A stretch of 39,173 nt of DNA from Kiritimatiellia bacterium (lineage in GTDB: Bacteria; Verrucomicrobiota; Kiritimatiellia; RFP12; UBA1067), in the NCBI GenBank assembly GCA_016303225.1, contig JAEDMC010000002.1, positions 1 to 39,173 on the forward strand, given 5' to 3'. The notes beneath the pieces are model-generated. The model saw only the letters and a program-made list of their open reading frames with translations, was not told the DNA's origin and made no database searches. The translations under genes and the position numbers were made by a program. How positions within the stretch are numbered: position 1 is the first letter of the stretch; each line of letters starts with the position of its first letter. Positions 25,501 through 37,500 of the stretch are shown here, in pieces.

Positions 25501-28500
25501 GTGAAGATCTCGCCGACGTAGAGGTCGCCCATCTTGCGGAAGTAGTCGATGCAGTACCCATCCGTCTTCGGGTTCCTGGGATCGAGCTTCGCGTATCCGA
25601 ACACTTCGCTGATCAGGTACTCCGCGTAATTCGAGAGACCATCGCCGTCGGCGTCCTTGCCCGCGTCATCGCCCTTGAGGCAATACTGGTAGGCGTAGTA
25701 GTCAATGACGCCGTCGTTGTCGGTGTCGAGATTCCACGGATCGGTCGGCAGGTGTCCGCCGTCGTACTCGTCGAGCAGCGTGAGGCCGTCACCGTCCGGC
25801 GAAGCGAGGCGCGCGTCGTTGAAGTTCCACGGGCTGATCTTCGCCTCGGCGAGCGCGCAGCTGCCGACACCGTTGGGGCCGAACATCACGTAGAGCTCCC
25901 AGCCGTCGGCGATGCCGTCCTTGTCGTTGTCGGGATCGAGCGGCTTGAGGGTCAGGTCCTTCCACTGCTGGCCCGGCGTCAGATTGAGGTTCATCGTCTC
26001 CTCGCTCGCGAGGCCGGCCGCCTCGAGGTAGCGCACGAGCAGGTACTTGTCGAGCGCCGTGAACGCCTTCGAGTGCTCGCCCGCACCGGTCGCAACGTCC
26101 GGCTCGAAGCCGAACGCGTCGTAGACCTGGCCGTGCACCAAGACGACCGTGCCCTCGCCGACCTGCGCGACGCGGTAGAGCTTGCCCGCTTCCGCCACGA
26201 GCGTGACGTTCGTGCCGAGGCCGACGCGGGCCTGCAGCTCACCGCCGACGCTGACCTCGTAGGTGTAGGTCTCGAAGAGCGGCAGACCGACCGCCGTGTC
26301 GCCGCGGACCGGCTTCTTCGCCACGTCCTCGCCGAGCACATAGACCGTGACGTCCGCCGGATCGTCCGTGTTCTGCACGGTGACGAGCGTCGCCTCGACC
26401 TCCGCATAGGCCATCCAGTCGCCGTCCGTGACCTCGTCGGCATCATAGAAGCGCGGATCCAGCCCCGCAAACTCCATCTCCCAGCCGTCGGGCATGCCGT
26501 CGCCGTCGGTGTCCCACAGCGTCGAATCGGTGCCGAAGCCGTTCTCCTCGTCGTCGGTGAGGCCGTCCTTGTCGCCGTCCAGCGCGCCGGAGCTGTCGCC
26601 GCCGCCGGTGAACTTCTCGGACTCGAGACAGTCGGGGATCTCGTTGCCGTTCAGGTCGCAGTCCTCGATGTAGATCGTGCAGGTCGGCACCTGGACGAGC
26701 GAGTCGACAATCCCGACGCCGACTGGGTTGTAGATCGCCGCCACGCTCTTGCCGACCGAATTGACATAGCCCCAGCTCTCCCAGTTGTCGCGCTTGCCGT
26801 TGTTGTTCTGGTCGATGTACGCACGGAGGTACACCGTGCCCGGCTCAATGCCCTTGAGGAACGCGTTCGTCGTCGTGATGTCGGTGATGGAGTCAATCGC
26901 CGCGACGTCCGCGATGCGCGTACGCGCCACCGGCTCGCCCGTGAAGTCGGCGTTCTCGAACGCCTCCACGACGATCATGCCCGCGAGGACGTTCGTCGGC
27001 CCGTAGTAGCGGACCGCCGCCGCCACGCTGCCGTAGCCCGTCGCGAACTGCGCGTAGCGGTTCTTGTTGCCGACGTCCATCTGGAACTTGCCGAACTCGC
27101 TCCAGCACGCCGGGTCGGACGTGTCGTTGAACTTCGCGTTCATCAGCGCCACGCGCCAGACGTAGTTCGAGCCGTCGTGGAAGACCGTCGAACCGTTCGT
27201 CGTCACCGCGCAGTCGGCGTAGAGGGCCGGCGTCACCGTGTAGGCGTACTCCCCGACGCCAAGGCCCTGGCGCGCCGGCAGAATCCGCACGCCCGAGTCC
27301 CAGACCTTGTCGACGCCGTTCGCCGCGAAGACCTGGATCTCATAGGCCGTCATCGTGTCGTCCGAGCTCGAGAACGCAAAGGTCGGACGCGCCGCGTAGA
27401 CCGGCTTGTCCTGCGCCGGCGCCTTCACGACCGGCTTCGAGCGCTGCGTATTGAACTGCCGCGAGAAGCAGCCGACGACGCTGTTCGAGGTGCTGCCGTC
27501 GGCACCCTTCGTCACGCGCTCGACCGTATAGCCGACGGTGCGGATGTCCTTGAGCTCAAGACCGAGTTTCTCCGTCGCGTCCGTGACCAGCCACTTCCAG
27601 TCGAGGTCGCAGACGTTGCCGCTCAGAATGTCCGCCTCGGTGAGATACGCGCGATCGTCCAGCACCACCGTGCGCGTCGCGAGCTGCCGCTGCGGCACCG
27701 TGACGTCGTTGATTTCGGACTCGCCGTTGATCGTCACGCGGCGGATCACGAACTGTGCCTCGCCGCTGCCGCCGCCAAGCGACTGGCGCGTCAGCGCGAC
27801 GCCCTCGTCCTTCAGCTCGATCGCCAGCTCCGGCACCTTATGCCAGCCGATCTCCACGTTCTTGAGGACGCCGTAGGGCTCGCCGTCGCTCCACTGTCCG
27901 TTGCCGTCGAGGTCGAAGAACGCCTCGACCGTGTTGAGGCCTTCCTTCACGCGGCCCTTGCCGACCACCTGACCCTGGCCGAATTCCTGCGTGTCGGAAA
28001 GCCAGACGGCCTGCGGCCAGTTCTCGCCGATGTGCGAAGCGTAGGTGACGCGCAGGATGCTGCTCCCGAGCTTGTCGCCATCTTCGTCGCTGACCGCGAG
28101 CTTGCCCGTGTCAAGGTCCCACTCGCCGGTCCTGAGGTCAATCGTGCCGATCTCCGTCGCCGTCGCGCTGTGGATGATCTTCGCCGTCGTGCCCGCCGCG
28201 TCGCTCACAGAAGTCGCGAACGCCGTCCACTCGAGCTCGCCGCCCGTGAGCTCGATGTGCGGATACCGGAGGAGATACCACTTGTACTCCTCGAACGTGC
28301 CGCTGGAGGCGACACCCTGCGGGACCTCCTCGTACCACTCCCAGCTCCAGGTGTAGGTGCGGTCGCTGGAGGTGAGCGCCTTCTCAAAGACGACGGAGCT
28401 CGGCTGCACCGAACCGGGGCTCATGAAACCGCGCATGACGGTCTCCTCGCGGAAGCCGCCGACGAACTTCGTCGCGCCACCGGCCTCGTGCGAAACGATG

Positions 28501-31500
28501 AACGTCGCATCGACGCGCGGCGAGATGCCCGTCCAGGTGCGGACGACGAGCGGAACGCCCTTGACGTCCTGCGCACCGTAGTAGTAGGGCCGGATGCCGA
28601 TCGCCGGCTCCGGATAGCTGACGCCATGCATGTCGTTGTCCATGTAACGGTCGATGAAGTCGGCGACGTAGTTGCCGCCCCAGAGCGCCGCGCGGCACTC
28701 CGCGAAGTTCGACCAGCCGTCCTCGTCCGCGTCAAGCTGCGGATCGTAGACGCCGGTGTTGACGAACGTGTTCTTGTACTGCTTCTCCCACCAGTTTTCC
28801 ATGAAGTCGTGGTCGGTCGCGATCTCGCCGAGGTACTCGTGCGAGTTGAAGTGGCGATGGATCTTGCCCTTCGCGTCGACCGTCACGTTGCCCGGTATCG
28901 CGTCCGCCTCCGCCGGACCCGGCAAGAAGTAGTCGACCACCAGCTGGTCCTTGCCCGAACGCGCCTGCGTCGGGTTGAGGAGCGGGAAGCCGTTGTCGAT
29001 GCCGTACGGGGCCGAACCGAACGAAAGCAGGTATTCGGCGTAGTTGGAGAGGCCGTCGTTGTCGGAATCGTCCTCGGCGCCATACTGCGCGACGCCCCAG
29101 AGGTTCTCCCACCAGTCGGGGATGTTGTCGCCGTCGACGTCAGCGGTCGAGGCGTAGGCCGAATCGAGCGTGCCGTCAGGCTGCAGGCCGCGGGCGAGGT
29201 CGATGAGGTAGGCCTGGTAGGCCGCCATCTCGACGCCGAGGTAGTTGATCGCCGTATCCCAGTTCAGCGGAATCTCGGGATCGAGGTCCGGGCAGTAGTT
29301 CTCGCGGGCATACTCCTCCCACCAGTCGGGAAGTCCGTTGCCGGCCGCGTCGACCTGCGTCTGCTCCCAGGCGTCGGCCGGCGAGCCGTCGTCCCACATC
29401 TGCGGACAGGTCTTCGCGTACGCGCCGCCGAGCGGCAACAGGTCGGTCGTGCCGATGAAGCGGCTGCGGATGTCGTAGCGGTACATGTTGAGGATCGGCT
29501 CGTAGGTGTCGCCGCCCAGGTTGAAGAGCCGGTTCAGGGTGAAGAGCTTGACGTAGCGGTCAACCCAGTAGTTGGAGCACGGATACGGCATCGCATCGTT
29601 CGGGAACACGAACTTGTTGACGCCGTTCGTCATCGCCGGGGTGTAGTACCCGCCGAGCTGTTCGGAGAAGAAGAAGTCGTCAATGCAGCTGCCGTCCATC
29701 ACCGGCAGGTGCGAGACCGTGTTCTCGATCCACGGCACGACGCGCGCGTCGCTGTAGACCGTGCTCCTCAGGCCGCAGCTCTCCCACCAGCCGACGCCGA
29801 TGCCGCCCTTGAACTTGTAGGAGCCGGCCTGGCCGTCCTTGAGACCGCGCGGATCGGTGAGGCCGTGCGTGTTCATGTCGGGGTTGCGCGACGAGAGGTA
29901 GTCGTTCTCGGCCTGCTGCGCGACCGCCTTATCGAAACCGCCCGGCAGCTTCGCGACGTCGGCCGCGTTCACCGCGCCCGGCATCGTCACGAAGTTGTAG
30001 TGGTGCAGGAGCTCGGCCGGCAGCATCGCCTGGCCCGAGGCGTCGTTGCGCGTCGCACCCTGCAGCCAGGACTGGTAGACCGTCGTGCGGTTCGCCTCGA
30101 CGTCCGCAAAACTCATGCGCGAGCGGTAGTTCGACAGAATCTCCGAACCGGAGCGCGCGCCGTCCCAGATGCGCACTTCGTCGACATAGCCGTTGAAGTA
30201 CTCGCCCATGTTGGCGAACGACTCGACGTGCTCGCCGTTGCGGACGAAGTACGGATAGAGCGGCACCATGCGGTCCACGGTGTTCTTCGTGTGCTTCGGA
30301 CGCGCGCCGACGTAAAGCGCCACCGCCCGACCGCCGTACTGGTATGCCGGGAAGCGCGAGGGATCCGTCGGATCCTGTCTGATCTGCGTGACGCCATTCG
30401 CCGGAATGAGAGAGGTCGGCTCCTGCTTGCAGAGATCGCCGTTCACGTAGAGCTTCAGCGCCTTGCCGTCGTAGGTGAGGGCGACGTGCGACCACTTGGC
30501 GAGCGGCAGCACGAGACCGTCGACGCGCATGCAGCTCAACGGCTGGTTGAGACCCGACTGGATCGAGTCGTTGTTGTCGAACATGCCGTAGACGCGGCCG
30601 TCCGCCGCGAGGCCGATGCGGAAGTTCGCGCGAATGGCGCCGCCCGCCTTCGTGATCGCATCGCCACCGTAGTAGGAGGAGCGCTCGATGATCGTCTGGT
30701 CGGCACCCGTCTTCTCCGGCCTGACCCACGCCTCGACCGTGAACTGCTTCAGCAGGTCGAGGGCGTCGACGCCGCGGTACTGCAGGTCACGCGACATCAC
30801 ATACGCGTCCTTGCCCGGGAAATACATCGCCTGACGGCGGTCCGGATCGCTGAAGTTCAGCGGCGAGGACATGGTCTTCACCGTCTTGACGATCTCGCGG
30901 CCGTCGGGCTGCCAGTCGTTGTCGGTATCGTAGCCTTCATTCTCCTCGAAGGAGAAGAGGTAGGCGGAATTCGCCTTCTCCATGGCGACGAGGTAGTAGT
31001 TCTCGCCCGCGATGCCGACCGCGTTCGGGTTCAGCCAGAACGGCAAGACGGCGACCGTCGAATCGACAGCATAGTACTGCGACACGTAGCTGTTCGCCTT
31101 CGACGTGTCAGTCATCCACAGCGGCGTCGGGTCGGTGTGGCTCGCCTGCGGACTCGCCTGATTCGCGACAATGCGCTCGTCGTCATTGCGGAGGCCGTCG
31201 CCGTCGGGATCGGCCGCCCAGCAGCCGATCGCCCACGGATAGAGCACCGGGTCGTATGCCATCGGCGCGGTGATCGGCATCTTGCGGTTGCTGGTCGGGA
31301 TCTGGGCGTGGAACGCAAGATAACGGTTGTAGTCCGGATGAGTCCACTCGTTCCAGTAGGCGTTGTAGAAGACCGGCATACCATAGGCCTTTGCAATCAC
31401 GTCCTTGCTGCCGGCCGCTTCGGGATCGGCGCCCAGGAGCGGGTTGAGCCCGTGGAAGAGTTCGTAGAAGTCGTCCATGCCGTCGCCGTCGGAGTCGGCC

Positions 31501-34500
31501 TTTTGCGGCGACGTCGAGACATACTTGCCGTACACCGCCGGACGCATGTAAGTCTTCCAGTCGATATACATCGCGTTGTAGTGGCAGACGATGCGGTCGA
31601 AGCCGTAGGTCACCGGCGCCATGTAGCCGAGCGCCTCCCAGCCCTCGTCCGTCCACGGATGGCTGTACCGGAAGTTGATCGCCTCGCCCGGATGCGCGGC
31701 GAGCCACTCGGCGTCGTTCATGTGCTTCAGGACGAAGTCGGCCTCCGACCCGAGCAGGAGGTTCGTCGTCACCGTCACCGTGAAGTTCGTGGAGATGACA
31801 TGCGTGTACGGGTTCTCCGTCACCACCATCGCGTTCGTCTTCGTGTGGATGCTGAGGACGTCCGTGTCATACCACGTGGTCGCCGCCTTGAGGCAGAATT
31901 CGTGCGCGCTCTGCATCATCGGCGTGAAGTCGAGGAAGTTCTGCTGATGGTACGGCCCCTCCTCGAGGACACGGCCCATGAGCGGGGTCGAGATGTCGTC
32001 GTAGCGGAAGTGGCGGACGGCCTGGACGAGGTATTCCTGCCAGTTCTGGAGTCCGTCATGGTCCCAGTCGACGTCGCGGTTCGTGCCGGTGAGCGGGTCG
32101 TAGGAATGGCTCAACCTGGCCGGCATGTCCAGCGGATCGGTGTAGGCGTCGCCGCCCCACGTCGCGTCCATGCCGTCGATGATGATGACGCCCGTAAGCG
32201 ACTTGCCGAGGATGCCCGCGGCGAGACGGCGCGCGTCGAAGAACGTCGGGTCTTCGCGGACGCTCGCCCACATTCCGGCGCCGACGCCCGGCGGCATCTC
32301 GTCCGGCTTCACGTAGTTGTTCGCCGCCATGTCGTACGGCAGGCCCGCGAACTGCATTTCCCACGCGTCGGGCAGGCCGTCGAGGTCGGTGTCGGCCGTG
32401 AGCGGGTTCATGCCGCCGCCGCGGATGCAGGTCGAGTTGTCGTCGGTCGGCTGGCCGTAGATGAAGCTCAGGCCCTCGAGAGCCTCGCTGCCCTCGTCGT
32501 CCGCATAGCCGATGACGACCCAGCTGCTGCCTTCCTGTCCGTCATAGACGCCGTCGGCGTCGGTGTCGCCGTTGTCCGGATCGGTCGGGAAGAACTTGTT
32601 GTACCAGCCCTTCGCCTTGCCCGGATGGTTCTTGTAGATCGACTCGCAGCTCTTGTAGGCGTTGCACGAGTCGGTGCCCGCGAACTCCGCCGCATAGGTG
32701 AGGACATCGTCGTCAATGTCGGTCGGCAACATGAGCCTGGACGGTCCCTCGGAGATCGGATCTTCCTCTTGGCCGAAAGCCGTGCACGGGTTGCGGTAGG
32801 TGTAGAGCTCCCAGCCGTCCGGCACGCCGTCGCCGTCCGTGTCGGCGCCGTGCACCTGGATGACGCCCTTGTCCGGCTTGCCGGCTTCCTTGAAGGCCTG
32901 CGCGATCAGCTCGGCGAGCTTGCTGTTCGCCGACTCGACGTCGTTCGTGCCGGCCGTCCCGACGTCGTTCGTGCCCGACGCCTCCGCGTACACCGACGGC
33001 ACCGTGGTCTTCGAGGCGATGTAGCCCCAGGTGTCGCCGGACTCCTTGATCTGCTCGCCCGGATAGACGATGCTGAAGAGCGAGCGGTAGCGGCCGAGCA
33101 GGTACTCGTCATACGCCGCGTACGGGATCGTGTTGATCGACTTGCCCGTCGCGCCCTCGCCCTCCTCCCAGCGCGAGCCGACGAAGCGATTCTGGTTCCT
33201 GAACCAGCCCGTGCGCGGATCGAACCCGAAGATCGAACGGACCTGGTCGTGGAGCATGATAAACGGAATGGGATAATCGCCCTTCATCGGACCGCTCTGG
33301 TAGATCTTCTCGCCCGCCTTGAAGGTGCGGGTCACCCACCAGGTCTCCAGCGACCACTTCGGGTTCTGCGTGAAATTGTAGTACCAGATCACCGGATTCT
33401 TGACCGGATCCTGCGGCATGTCTTCCTCGCGACCATAGGCCGTCATCGCGCCGTCCTGCCAGAACGGTCGCACCACGAGCGCGCGAATCGTCTTGGTCTG
33501 CGTCATCACGTAGACACCCGGTTCGCCAGGGGCCGGACGGAAGTCCCAGTCCTCAATGAGCTGCCCGCTGACGTCGAAGTACCAGTTGGTCTGGATCTCG
33601 AAGACGCCCCTCTCGATCTCGACCTCCTCGCCAATGGCTTCAGTGCCGAAAAGGCCCAGCGTCGTGAACGCCGCCATGAAGTCGCCGTCGGCGTTCGCCG
33701 CCTTGTCGCTCGTGCTCTGCGGGTCGAGGCCCATCATGACCTCCCACGCGTCGCACATGTGGTCGCCATCCGTGTCCCAATGGCAGGGATTCGTGCCGAT
33801 CAGGTATTCCTCGTAGTCGGAAAGACCGTCGTTGTCAAAGTCGCCCGGCGCCTTCTCGCCGCGCGGCTCGCACGGATTGAAGTGAGCCTCGACCTCGGTG
33901 TTGGTGATGGCCGTGCCGAAGATGAAGCTCTTCGCGTTAAAGCGCTCGAAGACATAGGACTGGCCGTTGACGGGCTTGGCCGTACCCGCCGGCACGGTCA
34001 CGTGGGCGAGGTACCAGAAGTAGTATTCCCAGCCGTCGGAGAAGTGGTCGCCGTCGGTATCGTCCGTCGTCGGATCCATCCGGACGCTCTCGCCGGTCGG
34101 TTCCGGGCTCCAGCGCGACAGGTCAGGCGTCCAGAACGGATCGTCGTCCGCCGGCGGATTCGCCGGATCATAGTTCGCGTCGTTCGCGATCAGCCACGCC
34201 TTCCACGCGGCGAGCTCGTCCTTGCTGAAGTCGGCGTCGGACTTGAGGTCGTCCTTCGCGTTGAGGCCCGGCTCGAAGCCGCGCAGCTCGCGGACCGTCG
34301 TGAACGCATGGCCGATCGGCGCATAGCTCTTCTGAGACGCCTGGACGAGCGCCATCTCGCCCTCGACCCTCCAGACGCCCGGCAGGTAGTCCTCGTCGGG
34401 GTTGGTCTTGGCGAGGTCCTTGAGGTCCGCCACGTTGCCGACGGCATCACCGTAGATGAGCTCCAGGAGGTTCACGCCCGCGCCCCTCCAGACCTTCATC

Positions 34501-37500
34501 ATGTAGATGTCGGGGATGCCGTCCCAGTTCATGTCGCCGCCGTTGTCGGCCGGGTACTTCTCCTTCGAGAAGAGCACCCCGACCTCTGTCGCCTTGTAGC
34601 TCGACTTGTTGCCGCCCTCGTTGTCCAGGTCGAAGAACTGGTCCGCCAGCGCGGACGGCGACTTCTTCGGATCCGGCGCGCCGACCGTCCCCTGATGCGT
34701 CTCGGGATCGACCGTGACCCAGGCGTAGAAGTAGTTGTCGTTCTCGCCCGAGTAGTCGTAAAACTCCGTCGCGCCCACCGCCGCAACGTTGCCGTCGGGA
34801 TCGAGCGGCACGCCGGAGATGCCCGTGATGAGCTTGCCGTCGTCATACGCCGGCGACTCCGCGGCCGGATAGCCCGCCGCGTAGACGTGCGCCTGCTGCG
34901 CGCCTTCGTTGTAGTACCAGGTCTGCTGGAACTGGAGCGACAGGTACTTGCCCGTGCCGTCGGTCGCGTAGACGTGGCCGCGGCCGAGGCCGTCCTGCGT
35001 CAGGTACCGCGTCACCTTCAGCTTCTCGGCAGGACCGGTCGGCGTGAGGATGACCTTCTTCGTCGGCACGACCCTGATCCAGAACGTGTACGGAACCGCC
35101 GAACCGCCTTCGCCGTCGTCCGCCGTGACCGTCACCTCGGTGAGCGCTGCGTCGGGAACCACGAACGTGAAGGTGCCCTTCGCCGTCGAATTCGCCGTGC
35201 TGCCGACGATCGGCCAGCCGTTGGTCAGCGTCATCTGCGTCTGGCCGCCCTCGTCGAAGATGCCCGTCCAGCCGACCGTGAAGTTGCCGTTCGTGAGGTC
35301 GTTGGCGATGTCCTTCACCGTCCACTGCAGCGTCACGCTCTCGCCCGCCGTCCACGTGTTCGTCACGCCGAAGCTGATGCCCGCCTTCGCCGACGAGAGC
35401 TTCAGGTCGTACGGGGCGATGTTCTGCACCGCAAACAGCACCGTCTCGCTCGGCGAGTACCAGTCGCTCCACGCGATGTCGTAGGAGTTGTGCTTGTCGT
35501 TCGTCGTCACGCGCGCCGTCGCCTCGAAGTACGACGGATTGTCCATGCCGCCGTTGATGTTGCTCATGTCGAAGCGGACGATCTTGCCGGCCTTCGCCTC
35601 GGCCTTGGACTTGAAGAGGATGTTCGTCGACGTGCTGAGGTCAAGCGCGAGGCGGCCCGCGTCGCCCGCAGTCTTCTTGAGCGTCACCTTCACCGCAAGC
35701 GGATTCGCGCCTGAAATCGCCTTCTCGCCGGCCGCATGGTCGTTCGGCGCCGGGAAGTCCGTCAGCTTCACCGTGAAGTAGGCGCCCTGCTGGCCCTCGT
35801 TCTCGTTGAAGACCCCGTCCGGATGCTCCGGCGCATACTCGATCACCACCGCCGGAGCCTCCTGCACCGTCACCGTGAACGAGCCGAGGAGATGCTTCGA
35901 CGCGTCGATCTCCTCGCCGACCGCCTGCTGGTCGCGGTCAATCGCGTAGATCCGCACCGTCTCCGTGCCCGCCGCGCCGAAGTAGACGTCGAACGTGCAG
36001 ACGCCGTTCGTCGCCACGACCTGCGTCTGTTCGTATGGCGCGTTCTTGCCCTCGACGTAGTTGCCGCCCGCATCCAGCATCACCTTCGTCGTCGCGTTCG
36101 TCGCGTCAATGAGACCGAGGTCCTTGATCTTGACCGTGAACGTCACCGGATAGTCAACCGCCACCTGGCCGTCGTAATGGCCCGTCGTCTGGCCGTCCTC
36201 GATGATGCGGTCGAGGTCCTCCCAGCTGCCGCGGCGGACGCCCGCGAGCTGCGGCGCCGCGTTCGTCACCGTCAGCGTCTCGGCGTACGCGAGCGGCTGG
36301 TAGTTCAGCGTCGAGACCGGTGCGCCGGACTCCGTCGTGAGCCGGACGCCGAACTCGATCTCCGTCGAGCCCTTCTCGTTGCCGTCCAGGAGCTTCACCG
36401 GCAGGTTCGCCGACATTTCCGCGTCCTTCTGGATCTTCACCGGCTCGGTGTACGCCGCGGCGTCGATCAGGTTCGAGCTCACCGAGCCCTTGCCCGTCGT
36501 CAGCGGCACCAGGTACGCGAGCATCGTCTCGCCCGCCTTGACCGGCTTGCCGTCCTGCTCGAGGACGAAGCGCACGTTCAGCTCGTCGCCTTCGCAGAAG
36601 CGGCTGCGCAGGTCGCGCTCCGCGCCCGTCTCGTTCGTCTTGAAGAGGGCCGGCTTCACCGTCGGGATGGCCGGACGCTTCTGCACCTCGAGCGGCACCA
36701 CGAGCGTCGAGGCGTTGCCGACCGGGTCCTTCACCGTCAGCGTCGGCTTGTAGCTCTCGTCCTTCGTCAGGTTCGTCGGCAGCTTCAGCGTGAACGTCAC
36801 CGTCTCGCCGTCGACGAACACGACGTTGTTCGACGTCTCCATGAAGCCGCCCGAGACGCTGACCGTGTAGCCCTTCTCCTTCGCGAAGTTGAGGTCACGC
36901 CAGTTGTCCTGCACCATCACGTCGAACGTCACCGTCTCGCCCTCCATGCCGGTGAGCGGCAGCGACGTCGGCACCGTCACGGCCGGGGCCTGCTTGTCGG
37001 TCACCTTCACGGTCGAGGTCTTGTGCGTGCCTTCGGAGAAGAACGTCTCGGCCCCCGCCGGCGACACCACCTTCGGCGTCATCTCGATCTGCGGCGCCTT
37101 CAGGTCCGCACTCGGCAACACGCCGAGACCGCACACGTAGAAGATCACCTCGGTCTCGCCCTTCGGCACCACGACCGAGCTGACGCCCGCGCCCGTGTCG
37201 CCCACGTCGTCGCGCGAACGGAAGATGCGGATGACGTTCGTCGCCAGCGGATCGATGGCCGCAAAGTCCTTCACCGTCGGCTGGAGCGCCACCTCGACGT
37301 CGGCGTCCTTGTACGGCGAGGAGAAGCGCACCTTCATCTCGGTCACGTTCCACCAGTTCGTCGTCGCCGAAACCGCAATCGAGTTGTTCGGGTTGCCGAC
37401 CGAGTCGGTGACCGACATGTACGGCTTCGGCGCCTTGATGACGCGCACCGTGCGCGTCACCGTCGAGTCCTCCAGGAAGTCGCCGACCTGGTTGTAGCTG

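Noticed and set aside
25074-35714. 3,546-aa plus-strand ORF, the second-longest in the track
   Set aside because: It is in exactly the same triplet register as the minus-strand giant gene (25074-22524 is a multiple of 3). It is therefore interrupted only where the sense strand uses TTA, CTA or TCA codons, which this GC3-rich gene avoids for 10.6 kb. Its translation is R/V/A/D/L/G-rich low-information sequence with no motifs, RBS or signal, so it is an antisense shadow ORF.
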